Shown: positions 43,371 to 53,166, counted from the stretch's first letter. The stretch is DNA of 64,000 bases from Oligoflexia bacterium (GCA_963758495.1 CAVWVI010000003.1:1248001-1312000); one strand, 5' to 3'. Notes: a model not told the origin generated them from the sequence alone. Translations and numbers: made by a program.

Positions 43371-44416
43371 TTTACAACCCCTGAAAACATTTGTTTCTGA
43401 AGTCTTAAAAAAAGCCGTACATTAGCCTCTGGAGTTTTAGGTAATACACCGTGACCTAATCCACAGATCCAGCCACGTCTCTTCTCCGCTGGTAATTGTT
43501 TGACCGCCCCAAAAACTCTCTTCAAGCGAAGCTCCAACTCAACCGGATCCAGAAAGAGCCATTGAGGATCTATATTCCCTTGAATTGCCCAAGTACCACC
43601 CCAGTCCGATAAAACCTGCGCTAAATCGTGATGCCAATCCACACCTAACCCTTGAATGGGTAACCCTTTCAAGCTCTCCCAATGTTCAGGCCCAGTCCTT
43701 TTAGAATAATAAATAACAGGGGTAGCGGGACAACTCTCTTTAAACTGACGCAACACTATCTCCAAATAAGGAACCACTGTTTTTTTGTAGATAGAAGAAT
43801 CAAACTCCCCCGCACAAGTGTCCATGACTGCAATCACGTCAGCACCTGCATTGGTTTGTAGAACCATATTCTCAACTAAAAGATCCACAAGCTTTTCAAA
43901 AAAACCATTCCATCTTCCGTCATGAAGTCCCTGACGAGCGGAACTGAGATCTCCCTTATGACTTCCTTCAACCGCGTAACAAAATAAAGTTAATGGACCA
44001 CCTACAAATCCTAAAAGACCTTTATCCTGCGGCAATTCCTTTCTAATTAACTCCAAAGCTCGTGCTTGAAACGAAAGCGATTCGACCAGCGAACGCCCCC
44101 CCTTCAAACGCTTGAGATCCGATACGTCTCGAAGATGCCAGTCCAACTGAGGACCCTCTTCATACTTAAGCCCCATCCCCATGGCTTCCAGTGGAAAAAG
44201 TAAATCTGAAAACAAAATTGCGGCATCAAAATTAAAATCTCGAATCGGTCCCATCGTTGCTTCACAAGCGATTTCCGGGATTTTACAAAGATCTATAAAT
44301 GAAGAACTTTTTCTCAATCTCTGATAATGCGAATGATAACGCCCCGCTTGACGCATAAACCAAACGGGTGGCCTTAAATCATTTTGCTTCAAAATCGCTT
44401 TAGTAAATAAACTCAT
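43367..44416 (-). CDS. hemE: Uroporphyrinogen decarboxylase
   Basis: PVWFMRQAGRY, DAAILFSDLL, QGNIDP, LGHGVLP. Confidence 0.95.
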   Translation of the reverse strand: MSLFTKAILKQNDLRPPVWFMRQAGRYHSHYQRLRKSSSFIDLCKIPEIACEATMGPIRDFNFDAAILFSDLLFPLEAMGMGLKYEEGPQLDWHLRDVSDLKRLKGGRSLVESLSFQARALELIRKELPQDKGLLGFVGGPLTLFCYAVEGSHKGDLSSARQGLHDGRWNGFFEKLVDLLVENMVLQTNAGADVIAVMDTCAGEFDSSIYKKTVVPYLEIVLRQFKESCPATPVIYYSKRTGPEHWESLKGLPIQGLGVDWHHDLAQVLSDWGGTWAIQGNIDPQWLFLDPVELELRLKRVFGAVKQLPAEKRRGWICGLGHGVLPKTPEANVRLFLRLQKQMFSGVVK

Positions 44417-45117
44417 AATAATTGGTACCCTATCCCCCGCACACTTTTAATGATTTCAGGACTATCTGGATTCACTTCAACTAATCGCCTCAATCGCATA
44501 ATAAAATTATCTACGGTTCTGGGAGTTGGAAACTCATCTTCAGACCATACATGGTTGAGGATATCATCGCGACTGACGACACAACCCCTTCTTTCGACAA
44601 GAAGTTTTAATAAAGATGCTTCTTTATGAGTCAATGGATGGACTTCACCGTGCACTTCTGCTTCGAACCTCTGAAAATGAATTTTCGCTCTTCCTACAAT
44701 CACACTCGAATTTTCATCTTCACTATTGCCTGCTAAATATTTTGCTCGCTTGAGTCCATTACGTACTCTTAAAATCAATTCTTTCAGATGAAAGGGCTTC
44801 ACTACATAATCCTCTGCCCCCAACTCTAGACCCCGAATTCGATCTTCTGGAGTGCCAAATGCCGTGAGAAAAATAACTGCTGTACCGGGTTGTCTTTCTC
44901 TCAAAAAACTAGCCACTTCAAAACCGGATCCATCTGGTAATCCGACATCAAGAAGAGCCAAGCCAAAACTGCGCTGAGAAATTTCCAATTGTGCTGCTGC
45001 AACGGAGGACACCCAAACTACCTCAAACCCTTCTTTTTCGAGACGCTCAACAAGGGTTAAGCCTACATTTTTTTCATCCTCTAGAAGAAGAAGCCTTGAA
45101 GAATAGCGATCAACCAT
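44413..45117 (-). CDS. OmpR/PhoB family response regulator
   Basis: AAGGAGG RBS before ATG 45117; LLLEDE...LLDVGLPD...KPF; wHTH RTVDNFIMRLR...SVRGIGY. Confidence 0.9.
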   Translation of the reverse strand: MVDRYSSRLLLLEDEKNVGLTLVERLEKEGFEVVWVSSVAAAQLEISQRSFGLALLDVGLPDGSGFEVASFLRERQPGTAVIFLTAFGTPEDRIRGLELGAEDYVVKPFHLKELILRVRNGLKRAKYLAGNSEDENSSVIVGRAKIHFQRFEAEVHGEVHPLTHKEASLLKLLVERRGCVVSRDDILNHVWSEDEFPTPRTVDNFIMRLRRLVEVNPDSPEIIKSVRGIGYQLL

Positions 45118-46137
45118 GAAGCATCCCCTCCTTAAAACAGAGTGAAACTTCAAAGCCTGAGGGATTATACCGGAAGGATTATTACCGGAAGGATTATTAC
45201 TTGAGGGATTATTACCTAAGGCATTACTACAAGAAGAATAGTGAACCCACCCTCCCATTCTTTTCATCAATACTTTTACTAAATAGAGCCCCACTCCTGT
45301 GCCAGAAGAAGACACTCCCTTTTGAAAAATCTTGCCCAGCTTTTTCTCATCCCCTAAAAATCCTTGTCCATCATCCTTCAATACAAGGATGATGGTTTTG
45401 TCCTTGAAAACAGACGTAATGGAAATGATCACCTTTTCGCGTTTCGCATGTCTCACAGAATTTTCTAAGAGGTTTTTAAATATCACTTTTAAAGCTGTGG
45501 GATCCGCCTCAATGATCGCATCGTCAATCTTAGACTGACATTCTACTTTTTCCCGATAATCAGCAGCCCAAGATTTCAAAAATCGATCTAACCAAGGCTT
45601 GACCTCTATTTGTTGTATATAAACAGGTCCGCCGCCCTCCACTCTCGCCAATTCTAAAGTTCTTTCAACTTGCGCCTCTAAGCGAATGCTATCTTCCATA
45701 AGTCGATGCACGAGCTTTTTCTGAGAAGCATCCTCTAAAAGATTATCGGCAATGGATTCAGCTTGAAGACGAATGCTGGTAAGTGGCGTTCTGAGTTCAT
45801 GAGTCACTGATGCAAAAAATGCTTGCAGCCCACGTGCCCGTTTTACATCTCTCCAATAAAGCCAAAACAAAAGAGCGGTACTCGCTAAAAGCAGACTAAA
45901 AAAAGTAGCAGACTCCCAGAAAAGCATTCGCTGAGTTCGATGCCAATAATTTTCTGTCAGGTTTTTAGCCCAACCTTGACTTTGTTCTAGCTCGGCAATT
46001 CTTCCCGCTTGTCTTAATAAAAGGCGCCACCACCAACCCCCAAGAAGGCACACTACCCCTAGCCACACAAAATGGGCTCCGAGCATCACTCGGAGGCGAC
46101 GATCAGCGGTTGATTTAGTATTGATTTTTTGTGTCAT
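45110..46137 (-). CDS. Sensor histidine kinase; a 1-nt deletion near 45168 reads it through into the regulator
   Basis: Two TM helices, THELRTPL, NLLENS, DDGQG, GTGVGL; restoring one A gives the ending GFEVSLCFKEGMLHG*. Confidence 0.85.
45158..45216. repeat. 15-bp tandem repeat x4 encoding (G/S)NNPS, last copy one base short
   Basis: Minus strand GGTAATAATCCCTCA AGTAATAATCCTTCC GGTAATAATCCTTCC GGT-ATAATCCCTCA. Confidence 0.85.
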
Positions 46138-47462
46138 CGAGGTAATTTTTGGATCGCCTTCGCCATTGCATGGATGAACTTTTCATTTTGTTTTTCATGA
46201 TGAGCCGTTGAAAGAAAAGAAACTTCATAAGCACTCGGAGCCAGATAAACCCCCTCATGCAAAAGAGTATGAAAAATTTTTGAATACTTTTCTTTGTGAC
46301 CCACGGGAGTTTCGCAAGGAGTTCTCACCCAACCATCCGCTGTTTTAACTTCGCCTATTAAAATCCAAAAAAGGGACGAAAACCTTTGTACGCGAGTAGG
46401 CAACCCGGCTTTTCGTGCTACCTCTTCTAAAGAATCAGCGAGTTCATTTGTACTTCTCTCCAGTGCGGCGTAAGGTTTTTCATGCTTCAATTTTTTCAAG
46501 GTCGCAATCCCTGCAGCCATAGCCACCGGATTAGCACTCAAAGTCCCCGCCTGATAGACGGGACCTAGGGGCGCTACCCAATCCATCAAATCCGCACGTC
46601 CGCCATAAGCTCCGACCGGAAAGCCTCCGCCAATAATTTTGCCATAAGTGACAAGATCCGGTCGTATCCCAGTTCGTTCTGCCATGCCACCAAACGCGAC
46701 ACGAAACCCCGTAATGACTTCATCGAAAATCACTAGACTTCCCGCAGCGCGTGCTAATTGAGTCATTTTATGTAAAAACTCATCCGTTTGGACTAGTAAT
46801 CCATTATTTGCAGGCACGGGCTCCACAATCACCGCAGCGATTTCGCTTCCATGAAGTTGAAATACTTTTTCAAGTTGCGCTAAATCATTCAATGACACCA
46901 CAATCGTTTCAGAAGCCACATTCGTAGAGACCCCTGCACTATCTGGAGACGCCATTTCAGCCAACCCTGACCCCGCTCGAACCAACATCGAGTCTACATG
47001 ACCATGATAACATCCATCAAATTTAAGAATCTTATTCCGACCGGTTGCCGCGCGTGCAACCCGAAGAGCCGCCATGACTGCTTCGGTACCTGAATTGACA
47101 AAGCGAATTTTCTGTACCCATGGCAAGGCTCCCGTAATGATTTCAGCTAACTCGAGCGAATAGGGTTCTGCCGTTCCATAAGACCAGCCCCGTTTCAAGG
47201 CTTTTTGAACCGCTTCGAAAATCTCTGGATTCTGATGTCCAAAAATCAAAGGCCCCCAAGACATACAATAATCCAGGTAACGATTCCCATCCACATCCTC
47301 AAGCTCAACTCCTGTTGCAGATTGGATAAATCTCGGAGTTCCACCTACTCCACGAAAAGCCCTCACAGGAGAATGAACTCCTCCTGGAGTCATTTGTTTT
47401 GATTTTTCGAATAAGGATTCTGACAATTGAGTCAATTGCTGAGTAGGTTGTGGAACACTCAT
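46134..47462 (-). CDS. hemL: Glutamate-1-semialdehyde 2,1-aminomutase
   Basis: PGGVHSPVRAF, RFVNSGTEA, FDEVITGFR, GKIIGGGFPVGAYGG, YQAGTLSANP. Confidence 0.95.
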   Translation of the reverse strand: MSVPQPTQQLTQLSESLFEKSKQMTPGGVHSPVRAFRGVGGTPRFIQSATGVELEDVDGNRYLDYCMSWGPLIFGHQNPEIFEAVQKALKRGWSYGTAEPYSLELAEIITGALPWVQKIRFVNSGTEAVMAALRVARAATGRNKILKFDGCYHGHVDSMLVRAGSGLAEMASPDSAGVSTNVASETIVVSLNDLAQLEKVFQLHGSEIAAVIVEPVPANNGLLVQTDEFLHKMTQLARAAGSLVIFDEVITGFRVAFGGMAERTGIRPDLVTYGKIIGGGFPVGAYGGRADLMDWVAPLGPVYQAGTLSANPVAMAAGIATLKKLKHEKPYAALERSTNELADSLEEVARKAGLPTRVQRFSSLFWILIGEVKTADGWVRTPCETPVGHKEKYSKIFHTLLHEGVYLAPSAYEVSFLSTAHHEKQNEKFIHAMAKAIQKLPR

Positions 47463-48451
47463 GAGTTTCTCCCTAAATATTGACGCGCATACCTCGCGCC
47501 ATAAGTAATAATCATAGACGCACCGGCACGAACAAAAGCTGTCCAAGCCTCCACATGCGCAGCAGGTGCGTTAATAAGGCCGTTTTGAGCAAGAACTTCA
47601 ATGGCTGCAAACTCGCCACTCACCTCATAAACAGCCCAAGGTTTTTGAATTTCAGTAGAAAGTTTGGAAAGAATATCTAAATAAGGAAGTCCTGGCTTGA
47701 CCATAAGAATGTCCGCCCCTTCTTCCACATCCCGAAGTGAACTTTGAAGTGCATCGCGAGGGGATGCTGGATCGAGCTGATAAGTCGCTCGATCTTTCAA
47801 ACTACTTTCTCCCTTAGGGGCCGAATCAGCCGCCACTCTAAAAGGTCCATAAAATTTTGAATGAAATTTTGCAGAATAGCTCATAATCAAAACTGAATCG
47901 AGACCCGCACGATCGAGTTCTTTTCGAATCGCCCCGACTCTTCCGTCCATCATATCGCTCGGAGCCACGCAATCCACCCCTGCCTGTGCATAGGCTAGCC
48001 CTTGTTTTGCAAGTTCTTCCACCGTAGAAGCATTATCCACATGATCCAATTCGGCAGAGAGAATCCCACACTGGCCATGAGTTGTAGCGGAACAAAGGCA
48101 GACATCCGCGGCTAAAAAAATGTCCTTCCCAAATCTCTTACGAATCGATTGAATTTGATTCGCAGTAAATCCAGGATTAAAATCTTTTGCTCTTTTCTCT
48201 CCAGGTACACCAAAGAGAATAAATTTCTTTACCCCCGCTTCAAGATCACTCTCAATCGTTTTAAGAATAGATTCTGAAGTTTCTCGAAAGGTGCCCGTGA
48301 TACCGGGAACTGCCTCACGCACTCCCAAGCCCTCGACCACAAAGAGAGGCTGAATGAGTTGATCTACTGAAACTCGATATTCCTGCACTAACTCTCGAAT
48401 ATTTGAATTTTGGCGCAACCGTCTTAAATTCATTAAGTAATTTTTAGCCAT
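47459..48451 (-). CDS. hemB: Porphobilinogen synthase
   Basis: DVCLC...HGQCG, APSDMMDGR, SYSAKF..FYGPFR, MVKPG; start at 48451 or 48433. Confidence 0.95.
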   Translation of the reverse strand: MAKNYLMNLRRLRQNSNIRELVQEYRVSVDQLIQPLFVVEGLGVREAVPGITGTFRETSESILKTIESDLEAGVKKFILFGVPGEKRAKDFNPGFTANQIQSIRKRFGKDIFLAADVCLCSATTHGQCGILSAELDHVDNASTVEELAKQGLAYAQAGVDCVAPSDMMDGRVGAIRKELDRAGLDSVLIMSYSAKFHSKFYGPFRVAADSAPKGESSLKDRATYQLDPASPRDALQSSLRDVEEGADILMVKPGLPYLDILSKLSTEIQKPWAVYEVSGEFAAIEVLAQNGLINAPAAHVEAWTAFVRAGASMIITYGARYARQYLGRNS

Positions 48452-50043
48452 TTTCTCCATTCCTCTACTGACGGAAAAACTTCTGGTTCCACTCCAGCCT
48501 CACGCAAGTGGGCCACCGTCTTACCCGGCCCGCAGGCCTGCCGACTCATGGGTTGTATGTATTCTTTTAACTCATCAAACTGGGTTCCGCTGCTCCAAAA
48601 TACGTGAGTAGCCTCTTTGAGCGCGGATTTCGCGGCTTCTCCATAATTCAGTCTATCATTCACACTAGAATGAGGTCCATAATCAGAGTTTACTTTGTAA
48701 GTCGCTATCGCCCGAAATCCTTTTGACACCCAGTCTTCCAAAGCATCTGAATGAGTCAAAATAATCCAATCTTTCAATGCAGACAGTCCAAGTGATGCTT
48801 CTCTCAGGGTAGGCTCCAAATGCTCAAACCCTAACCCTTCCGCACAGCCTTCAACCCAAACCCCTTGATCAGCCAGCCGAAACCAACTCGGTGTTCCAGA
48901 AGTCCAAACTCGGGCATTTTGAATCTGATGGATGCCATTTTTCCCTAAAGCACGCGAATGTGCGACAAATACGGCCTTATTTTCTAGATTCAGGTTCACT
49001 TCAAAGGGAGTACTCCCCTTTGGTCTCCCCTTTGCCCTCCAGCTGCTTCCATCCCAAGCGCGAATCCCACTCAAGGAAGAAAAACTTAAAACCGGAGCTT
49101 GCCAAGTAACCTCGCTCACCCGATTTCCATCTGGCTTAACTCCTTGAATAAAAAGCACTTCCCCTAAATATTCCGTTTGAATAGAAGTAGCACCAAATCG
49201 TTGATGACACCCCCCTCCCCAATCCGCCAGTAATTGACGTTCCGACGTCACTTGCCGAGCAGTCTGCTCATTGTGAAGCCGACTCAGTATATTTTTAACT
49301 TTTTCATCGTTCGCTCGACATTCAATTGCCAAAGCGCCTTGAGCGGGCGCAGAGGGGCACTCTTTCAAGGGCAAAACCATCCAACGAACCCCCTGAAGTA
49401 ACCGACTCATCTCCTTCTGACCCATAGGGTCATTCCAAAGTCGAATCAGGCCGGCGAACGCCAAAACTACACCATCTAAATATTTCTCAGAATCCACAGA
49501 CTCATGAACTCGACTTAAACGTGTATTTACATTGCCACGGATTTCTTTGAATTCAAACTGAGGCCTTCCCAAGTCGGTGGCCTCAATATTAAATTGCACC
49601 CTTGGAAAAGCTCGCTCTAGAAATCCTGGAATATTTTCAATTCGACGAGGTGAAGATGTGCCAATTTTTAAGGACTTCCCTGACCGAGCATTGTGAAGTG
49701 CCTGAGGACCAAATAAAATGACATCCCGTGGATTTTCCCGCTTGGGTATTGCTCCACAAATCAATGCAGAGGGTCGCTCGAGACTCAAATCCTTCATCGA
49801 ATGCACGGTAAAATCAACTTCACCTGCTGCTAATGCTTGATCAATTTCAGCGACAAAAAACTCTTTTCCTTGAATGCTTTGAAGAGGAACATCCAAAATT
49901 CGATCGCCTCGAGTTTCGATTCCCTGAAGCTCGACACACACTCCCGGATTTAATCTCTCCACCTCTCGTGCTACCCAGCTACTTTGGGCCCATGCCAAAA
50001 GTGATCTACGAGTTCCCAACTTAAGTATTATTGATGTCATCAT
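48433..50043 (-). CDS. hemC: Hydroxymethylbilane synthase with C-terminal HemD-like extension
   Basis: GTRRSLLAWAQ, VHSMKD, GTSSPRR, IRGNVNTR, PAQGAL, GGGC; ~220 extra C-terminal residues ending ACGPGKT...VFPS. Confidence 0.85.
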   Translation of the reverse strand: MMTSIILKLGTRRSLLAWAQSSWVAREVERLNPGVCVELQGIETRGDRILDVPLQSIQGKEFFVAEIDQALAAGEVDFTVHSMKDLSLERPSALICGAIPKRENPRDVILFGPQALHNARSGKSLKIGTSSPRRIENIPGFLERAFPRVQFNIEATDLGRPQFEFKEIRGNVNTRLSRVHESVDSEKYLDGVVLAFAGLIRLWNDPMGQKEMSRLLQGVRWMVLPLKECPSAPAQGALAIECRANDEKVKNILSRLHNEQTARQVTSERQLLADWGGGCHQRFGATSIQTEYLGEVLFIQGVKPDGNRVSEVTWQAPVLSFSSLSGIRAWDGSSWRAKGRPKGSTPFEVNLNLENKAVFVAHSRALGKNGIHQIQNARVWTSGTPSWFRLADQGVWVEGCAEGLGFEHLEPTLREASLGLSALKDWIILTHSDALEDWVSKGFRAIATYKVNSDYGPHSSVNDRLNYGEAAKSALKEATHVFWSSGTQFDELKEYIQPMSRQACGPGKTVAHLREAGVEPEVFPSVEEWRKWLKIT

Positions 50044-50044
50044 T

Positions 50045-50103
50045 TTAAAACCTGCGTTAAATCTACGTTAAAATCTACGTTAAAACCTGCATTAAAACCT
50101 GTG
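50045..50103. repeat. Imperfect 12-bp tandem repeat x5 (TTAAAACCTGCG / TTAAAATCTACG variants)
   Basis: Read directly in the hemA-hemC intergenic region. Confidence 0.8.
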
Positions 50104-50123
50104 TTTTATAGTATTATATAGTA

Positions 50124-51101
50124 TTACGCAAAACAGGCTAAGTCTTCCCAGCCATGCGATATAGAAAGTGACGCTCCTAATGAGCGCAATTTAGATCTCT
50201 CATCACAAGCACGTTCGGCATAGCCAATCTGCACCGAACGAACATTTCCTAAAGAATTTTGAAGTTTAAAAAGATCATTCAAACAGTAAAACTGAGGTAA
50301 TTGACTCCAGTTTCCACAATGCTTTTTCATTCCACCTAGATGAATGACAAGACGATTTCCAGATCGACTTTTTATTTGGCCTTTTCGAAACCATTCTATC
50401 CTCTCTGGATCCTGAACAGCGTCAAAGGGAATGCAAACGACTACGTGGGCGGCCGTTTCCCAAGCTTTCATTTCTTCTTCCCGGCTCCTGATTTTTTTCA
50501 CGGCTAGAGGAGAGCGCTTTAAAAGCTGATTATGGAAGTCAGATAAATGTGCTGCATTTCGATTGGAAAGCCAAAGTTCATAATCTTCCAACAAGAGAGG
50601 CCCAATGGATTGAGCAATTTGCCCTGCACCGACAATCAGAATCGGTCCATCCAAAGATCCTTTTTGATCTTTAATCAGTCTTCTGATTAAAGTTCCATAA
50701 GACGAACCGCCGAGATTTTGTAAATATCGATTTCGAATTTCTTTGGTGTCTTCAAAAAGCTTTTGAATCCAAAAATTTAACTCAGAAACTTTAGACTTCT
50801 CTGCAGACTCCGCCTTACGCCAAGCCTCCTTTACCTGTCCAAAAACATCAGTTTCCCCGAGTACTTCGCTTTCAAGACCTGTGGCCAGTCTCAACAAAAA
50901 GCGATACGCATCATGACCTTGATAATAGATCGAACCAGGGGTCTCAATTGGACAGCTTTTGAAGTGCTCTGAACTTGAAATCCAAAGCAATCTTTGACAG
51001 GTCTCTAAGCAAAACACGCCCTCAATCCCTTCTGCAAAAGCAGGTAGGCATTGGGTACGATTCTTAGCTAGATGTAGAACTCGGAGATCCTCAAGCTGCA
51101 T
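50124..51101 (-). CDS. hemA: Short, divergent glutamyl-tRNA reductase
   Basis: ETCQR, GLESEVLGETDVFGQVK, IVGAGQIA; first gene of the hem operon. Confidence 0.8.
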   Translation of the reverse strand: MQLEDLRVLHLAKNRTQCLPAFAEGIEGVFCLETCQRLLWISSSEHFKSCPIETPGSIYYQGHDAYRFLLRLATGLESEVLGETDVFGQVKEAWRKAESAEKSKVSELNFWIQKLFEDTKEIRNRYLQNLGGSSYGTLIRRLIKDQKGSLDGPILIVGAGQIAQSIGPLLLEDYELWLSNRNAAHLSDFHNQLLKRSPLAVKKIRSREEEMKAWETAAHVVVCIPFDAVQDPERIEWFRKGQIKSRSGNRLVIHLGGMKKHCGNWSQLPQFYCLNDLFKLQNSLGNVRSVQIGYAERACDERSKLRSLGASLSISHGWEDLACFA

Positions 51102-51133
51102 CCCATGACTATACTTGAAACCCAGCTTAAGAA

Positions 51134-51170
51134 TGTCATGGGATTGTCACAGAAATGTCGCAAATTGTGG
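51134..51170. promoter_or_regulatory. Putative OmpR/PhoB-type direct-repeat boxes between hemA and rnhA
   Basis: TGTCA (51134), TGTCA (51145), TGTCG (51156) at 11-bp spacing, then TGTGG (51166). Confidence 0.5.
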
Positions 51171-51183
51171 TAAGTGACTCCAA

Positions 51184-51933
51184 ATGAGCACTCAAACTGA
51201 AAACCCCACTCTCATCTTTTGTGATGGGGCTAGTTCTGGAAATCCAGGTCCAGGGGGATGGGGAGCCATTATCGCCACCCCCGAAGGAAAAATTACTGAG
51301 CTTGGGGGCCGCGAAGTCCCGACGACAAATAATCGAATGGAGCTTACCGGCGCTATCCGAGCCCTTGAGGTCACAAAAGAAATTAAAAACCAGGAAAACA
51401 AAAGTCGGATAGAAATCTACACGGATTCAACCTACGTCATTCGGGGAATTACACAATGGATTTGGGGTTGGCGAAAACGCAACTGGATCACTGCTGAGGG
51501 TAAAGAAGTCGCCAACACTGACCTATGGAAAAAACTCTCCCTCGCTATTCAAGGACAAGAAATTGAATGGAAATACGTCCGTGGCCATACGGGAGTTCCC
51601 GGAAATGAAAGAACAGATCAAATTGCCGTAGCCTTTTCTCAAGGAAAATTTATCCAACTCTATAGGGGTCCTTTACTTCAATACGAATTTCCGATTTATG
51701 ACCTCCCTGACACTACCGATCTTCCAGAAATGAAGCCTAAGCAAACTCCTTCCAAACCTTATTCATATCTAAGCTATGTTGACAATATTCCCATGCGCCA
51801 CTCAACTTGGCGAGAATGCGAAGGACGTGTCAAGGGGCGTCCAGGAGCAAAATTTAAAAAAGCGATGACCCCCGAAGACGAAGTCAAAATACTAAAATCA
51901 TGGGGATTAGAGCCAAAAAAGCTTCTAGATTGA
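51184..51933 (+). CDS. rnhA: Ribonuclease HI with C-terminal hybrid-binding (Cauli_VI-like) domain
   Basis: DGASSGNPGPGGWG, TNNRMEL, TDSTY, VRGHTG..GNERTD; C-terminal TWRECEGRVKGRPGAKFKK. Confidence 0.9.
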   Translation: MSTQTENPTLIFCDGASSGNPGPGGWGAIIATPEGKITELGGREVPTTNNRMELTGAIRALEVTKEIKNQENKSRIEIYTDSTYVIRGITQWIWGWRKRNWITAEGKEVANTDLWKKLSLAIQGQEIEWKYVRGHTGVPGNERTDQIAVAFSQGKFIQLYRGPLLQYEFPIYDLPDTTDLPEMKPKQTPSKPYSYLSYVDNIPMRHSTWRECEGRVKGRPGAKFKKAMTPEDEVKILKSWGLEPKKLLD

Positions 51934-52006
51934 CTAGTCTCCTTATTAATTTGGTGTTAATAATGCATAGACAACTCGCAGTCAATGTCCTAGGAGGAAG
52001 GAAATC

Positions 52007-52333
52007 ATGAGTAAAAAACTCTATGTTGGTAATTTACCGTTTACAACCACAGATCAAGATTTAAATGAAATTTTCACTCAGGCAGGCGAAGTCGCCTCGG
52101 CTAAAGTCATCATGGATCGTGACTCAGGTCGATCCAAAGGTTTTGGTTTTGTTGAGATGAATTCCGCTTCTGATGCTCTCAATGCAATTTCGCAATTTAA
52201 CGGTGCTCAGCTCAATGGTCGGCCGTTAACTGTCAACGAAGCTCGTCCCATGACTCCCCGAGATTCTAATGCCGGTGGGTACGGTAATAGCCGTAACAAT
52301 GAACGTAACAATGAACGTAACAACCGTTGGTAA
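52007..52333 (+). CDS. RRM RNA-binding protein
   Basis: RNP2 LYVGNL and RNP1 KGFGFVEM. Confidence 0.95.
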   Translation: MSKKLYVGNLPFTTTDQDLNEIFTQAGEVASAKVIMDRDSGRSKGFGFVEMNSASDALNAISQFNGAQLNGRPLTVNEARPMTPRDSNAGGYGNSRNNERNNERNNRW

Positions 52334-52339
52334 AATACC

Positions 52340-52603
52340 TTGTCACGCGAAGATTTAGCTCAAGTCGATGGAGTCATTTTGGATGTCTTAGCAGGGGGTA
52401 ACTTCACCGTTCAACTTCCCAACGGACAAACTATTTCCGCTAAACTTTCTGGCAGAATGAGAAAATTCCATATCCGCGTTATCCTTGGAGATCGGGTCAC
52501 CGTAGGCGTTAGCCCTTACGATCCAACGCATGGACTCATTTTACACCGCCATAAAGCCGGTAGCAGTCCGCCATCGCAGGGGTTTGGCTCGGCTGCGCAT
52601 TAA
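52340..52603 (+). CDS. infA: Translation initiation factor IF-1
   Basis: SGRMRKFHIRVILGDRVTVGVSPYD; TTG start. Confidence 0.9.
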   Translation: MSREDLAQVDGVILDVLAGGNFTVQLPNGQTISAKLSGRMRKFHIRVILGDRVTVGVSPYDPTHGLILHRHKAGSSPPSQGFGSAAH

Positions 52604-52647
52604 TCAGCAAAGTTTAATTCTTTATTCTTAATATTTCATATAATAAT

Positions 52648-52707
52648 CCACATATTTAGCTACTGTTGAATAAGTCATTCAATATAGCCAAATATGTGGT
52701 TTTTTTA
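52648..52707 (+). terminator. Long hairpin plus T run between convergent infA and antitoxin genes
   Basis: CCACATATTTAGCTA...TAGCCAAATATGTGG followed by a T run. Confidence 0.55.
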
Positions 52708-52748
52708 TTTTTACTTTTTCTTTTGAATAAATTTTAAATTAGCAGTTA

Positions 52749-53054
52749 TTAACCTGCCTTTTTTGCATGAGTACTTCGACTCAGTTTCCTGATCTGCAAT
52801 CTACGATCAAGAGCATCACTGACGAGTGTTTTGATAACCGCTTGCCGACTAACATTAAGCCTTCGCGCTTCTGCGTCTAATTCTGAAAGCATTTCAGTAG
52901 TAAAATCCACGTTAACCCGCTGAATATCTTCTCTTGGAACCCCTGGCCTCATTTCCCATTTTTCACTAAAGAATCGCGTTATATCTTCACCTCTGTCAGC
53001 CATTTCAGCAATTTCATCTGGTGTTGGTACTTTTTTCTTACCGCTCTTCTTCAT
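52749..53054 (-). CDS. BrnA-like (CopG/RHH) antitoxin
   Basis: QRVNVDFTTEMLSELDAEARRLNVSRQAVIK; overlaps the 3' end of the brnT remnant. Confidence 0.8.
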   Translation of the reverse strand: MKKSGKKKVPTPDEIAEMADRGEDITRFFSEKWEMRPGVPREDIQRVNVDFTTEMLSELDAEARRLNVSRQAVIKTLVSDALDRRLQIRKLSRSTHAKKAG

Positions 53055-53166
53055 AAATTTTCCTTTCCACCAAAGTAGACTTCCAAAGAGTTACTAAATG
53101 GTATAATACTCACCTTCAATGTCAGTTCGAACTTCAAAAATAACAGAGTAGAGATTAGATTTTGCC
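53038..53166 (-). pseudogene. brnT-type toxin, 3' part (also carries a 2-nt frameshift near 53101)
   Basis: AKSNLYSVIFEVRTDIEGEYY / HLVTLWKSTLVERKIYEEER*. Confidence 0.75.

Noticed and set aside
44413..46137. Novel hybrid kinase with DNA-binding output domain (574 aa)
   Set aside because: Explained by a one-base loss in a tandem repeat; the regulator has its own RBS and start codon.
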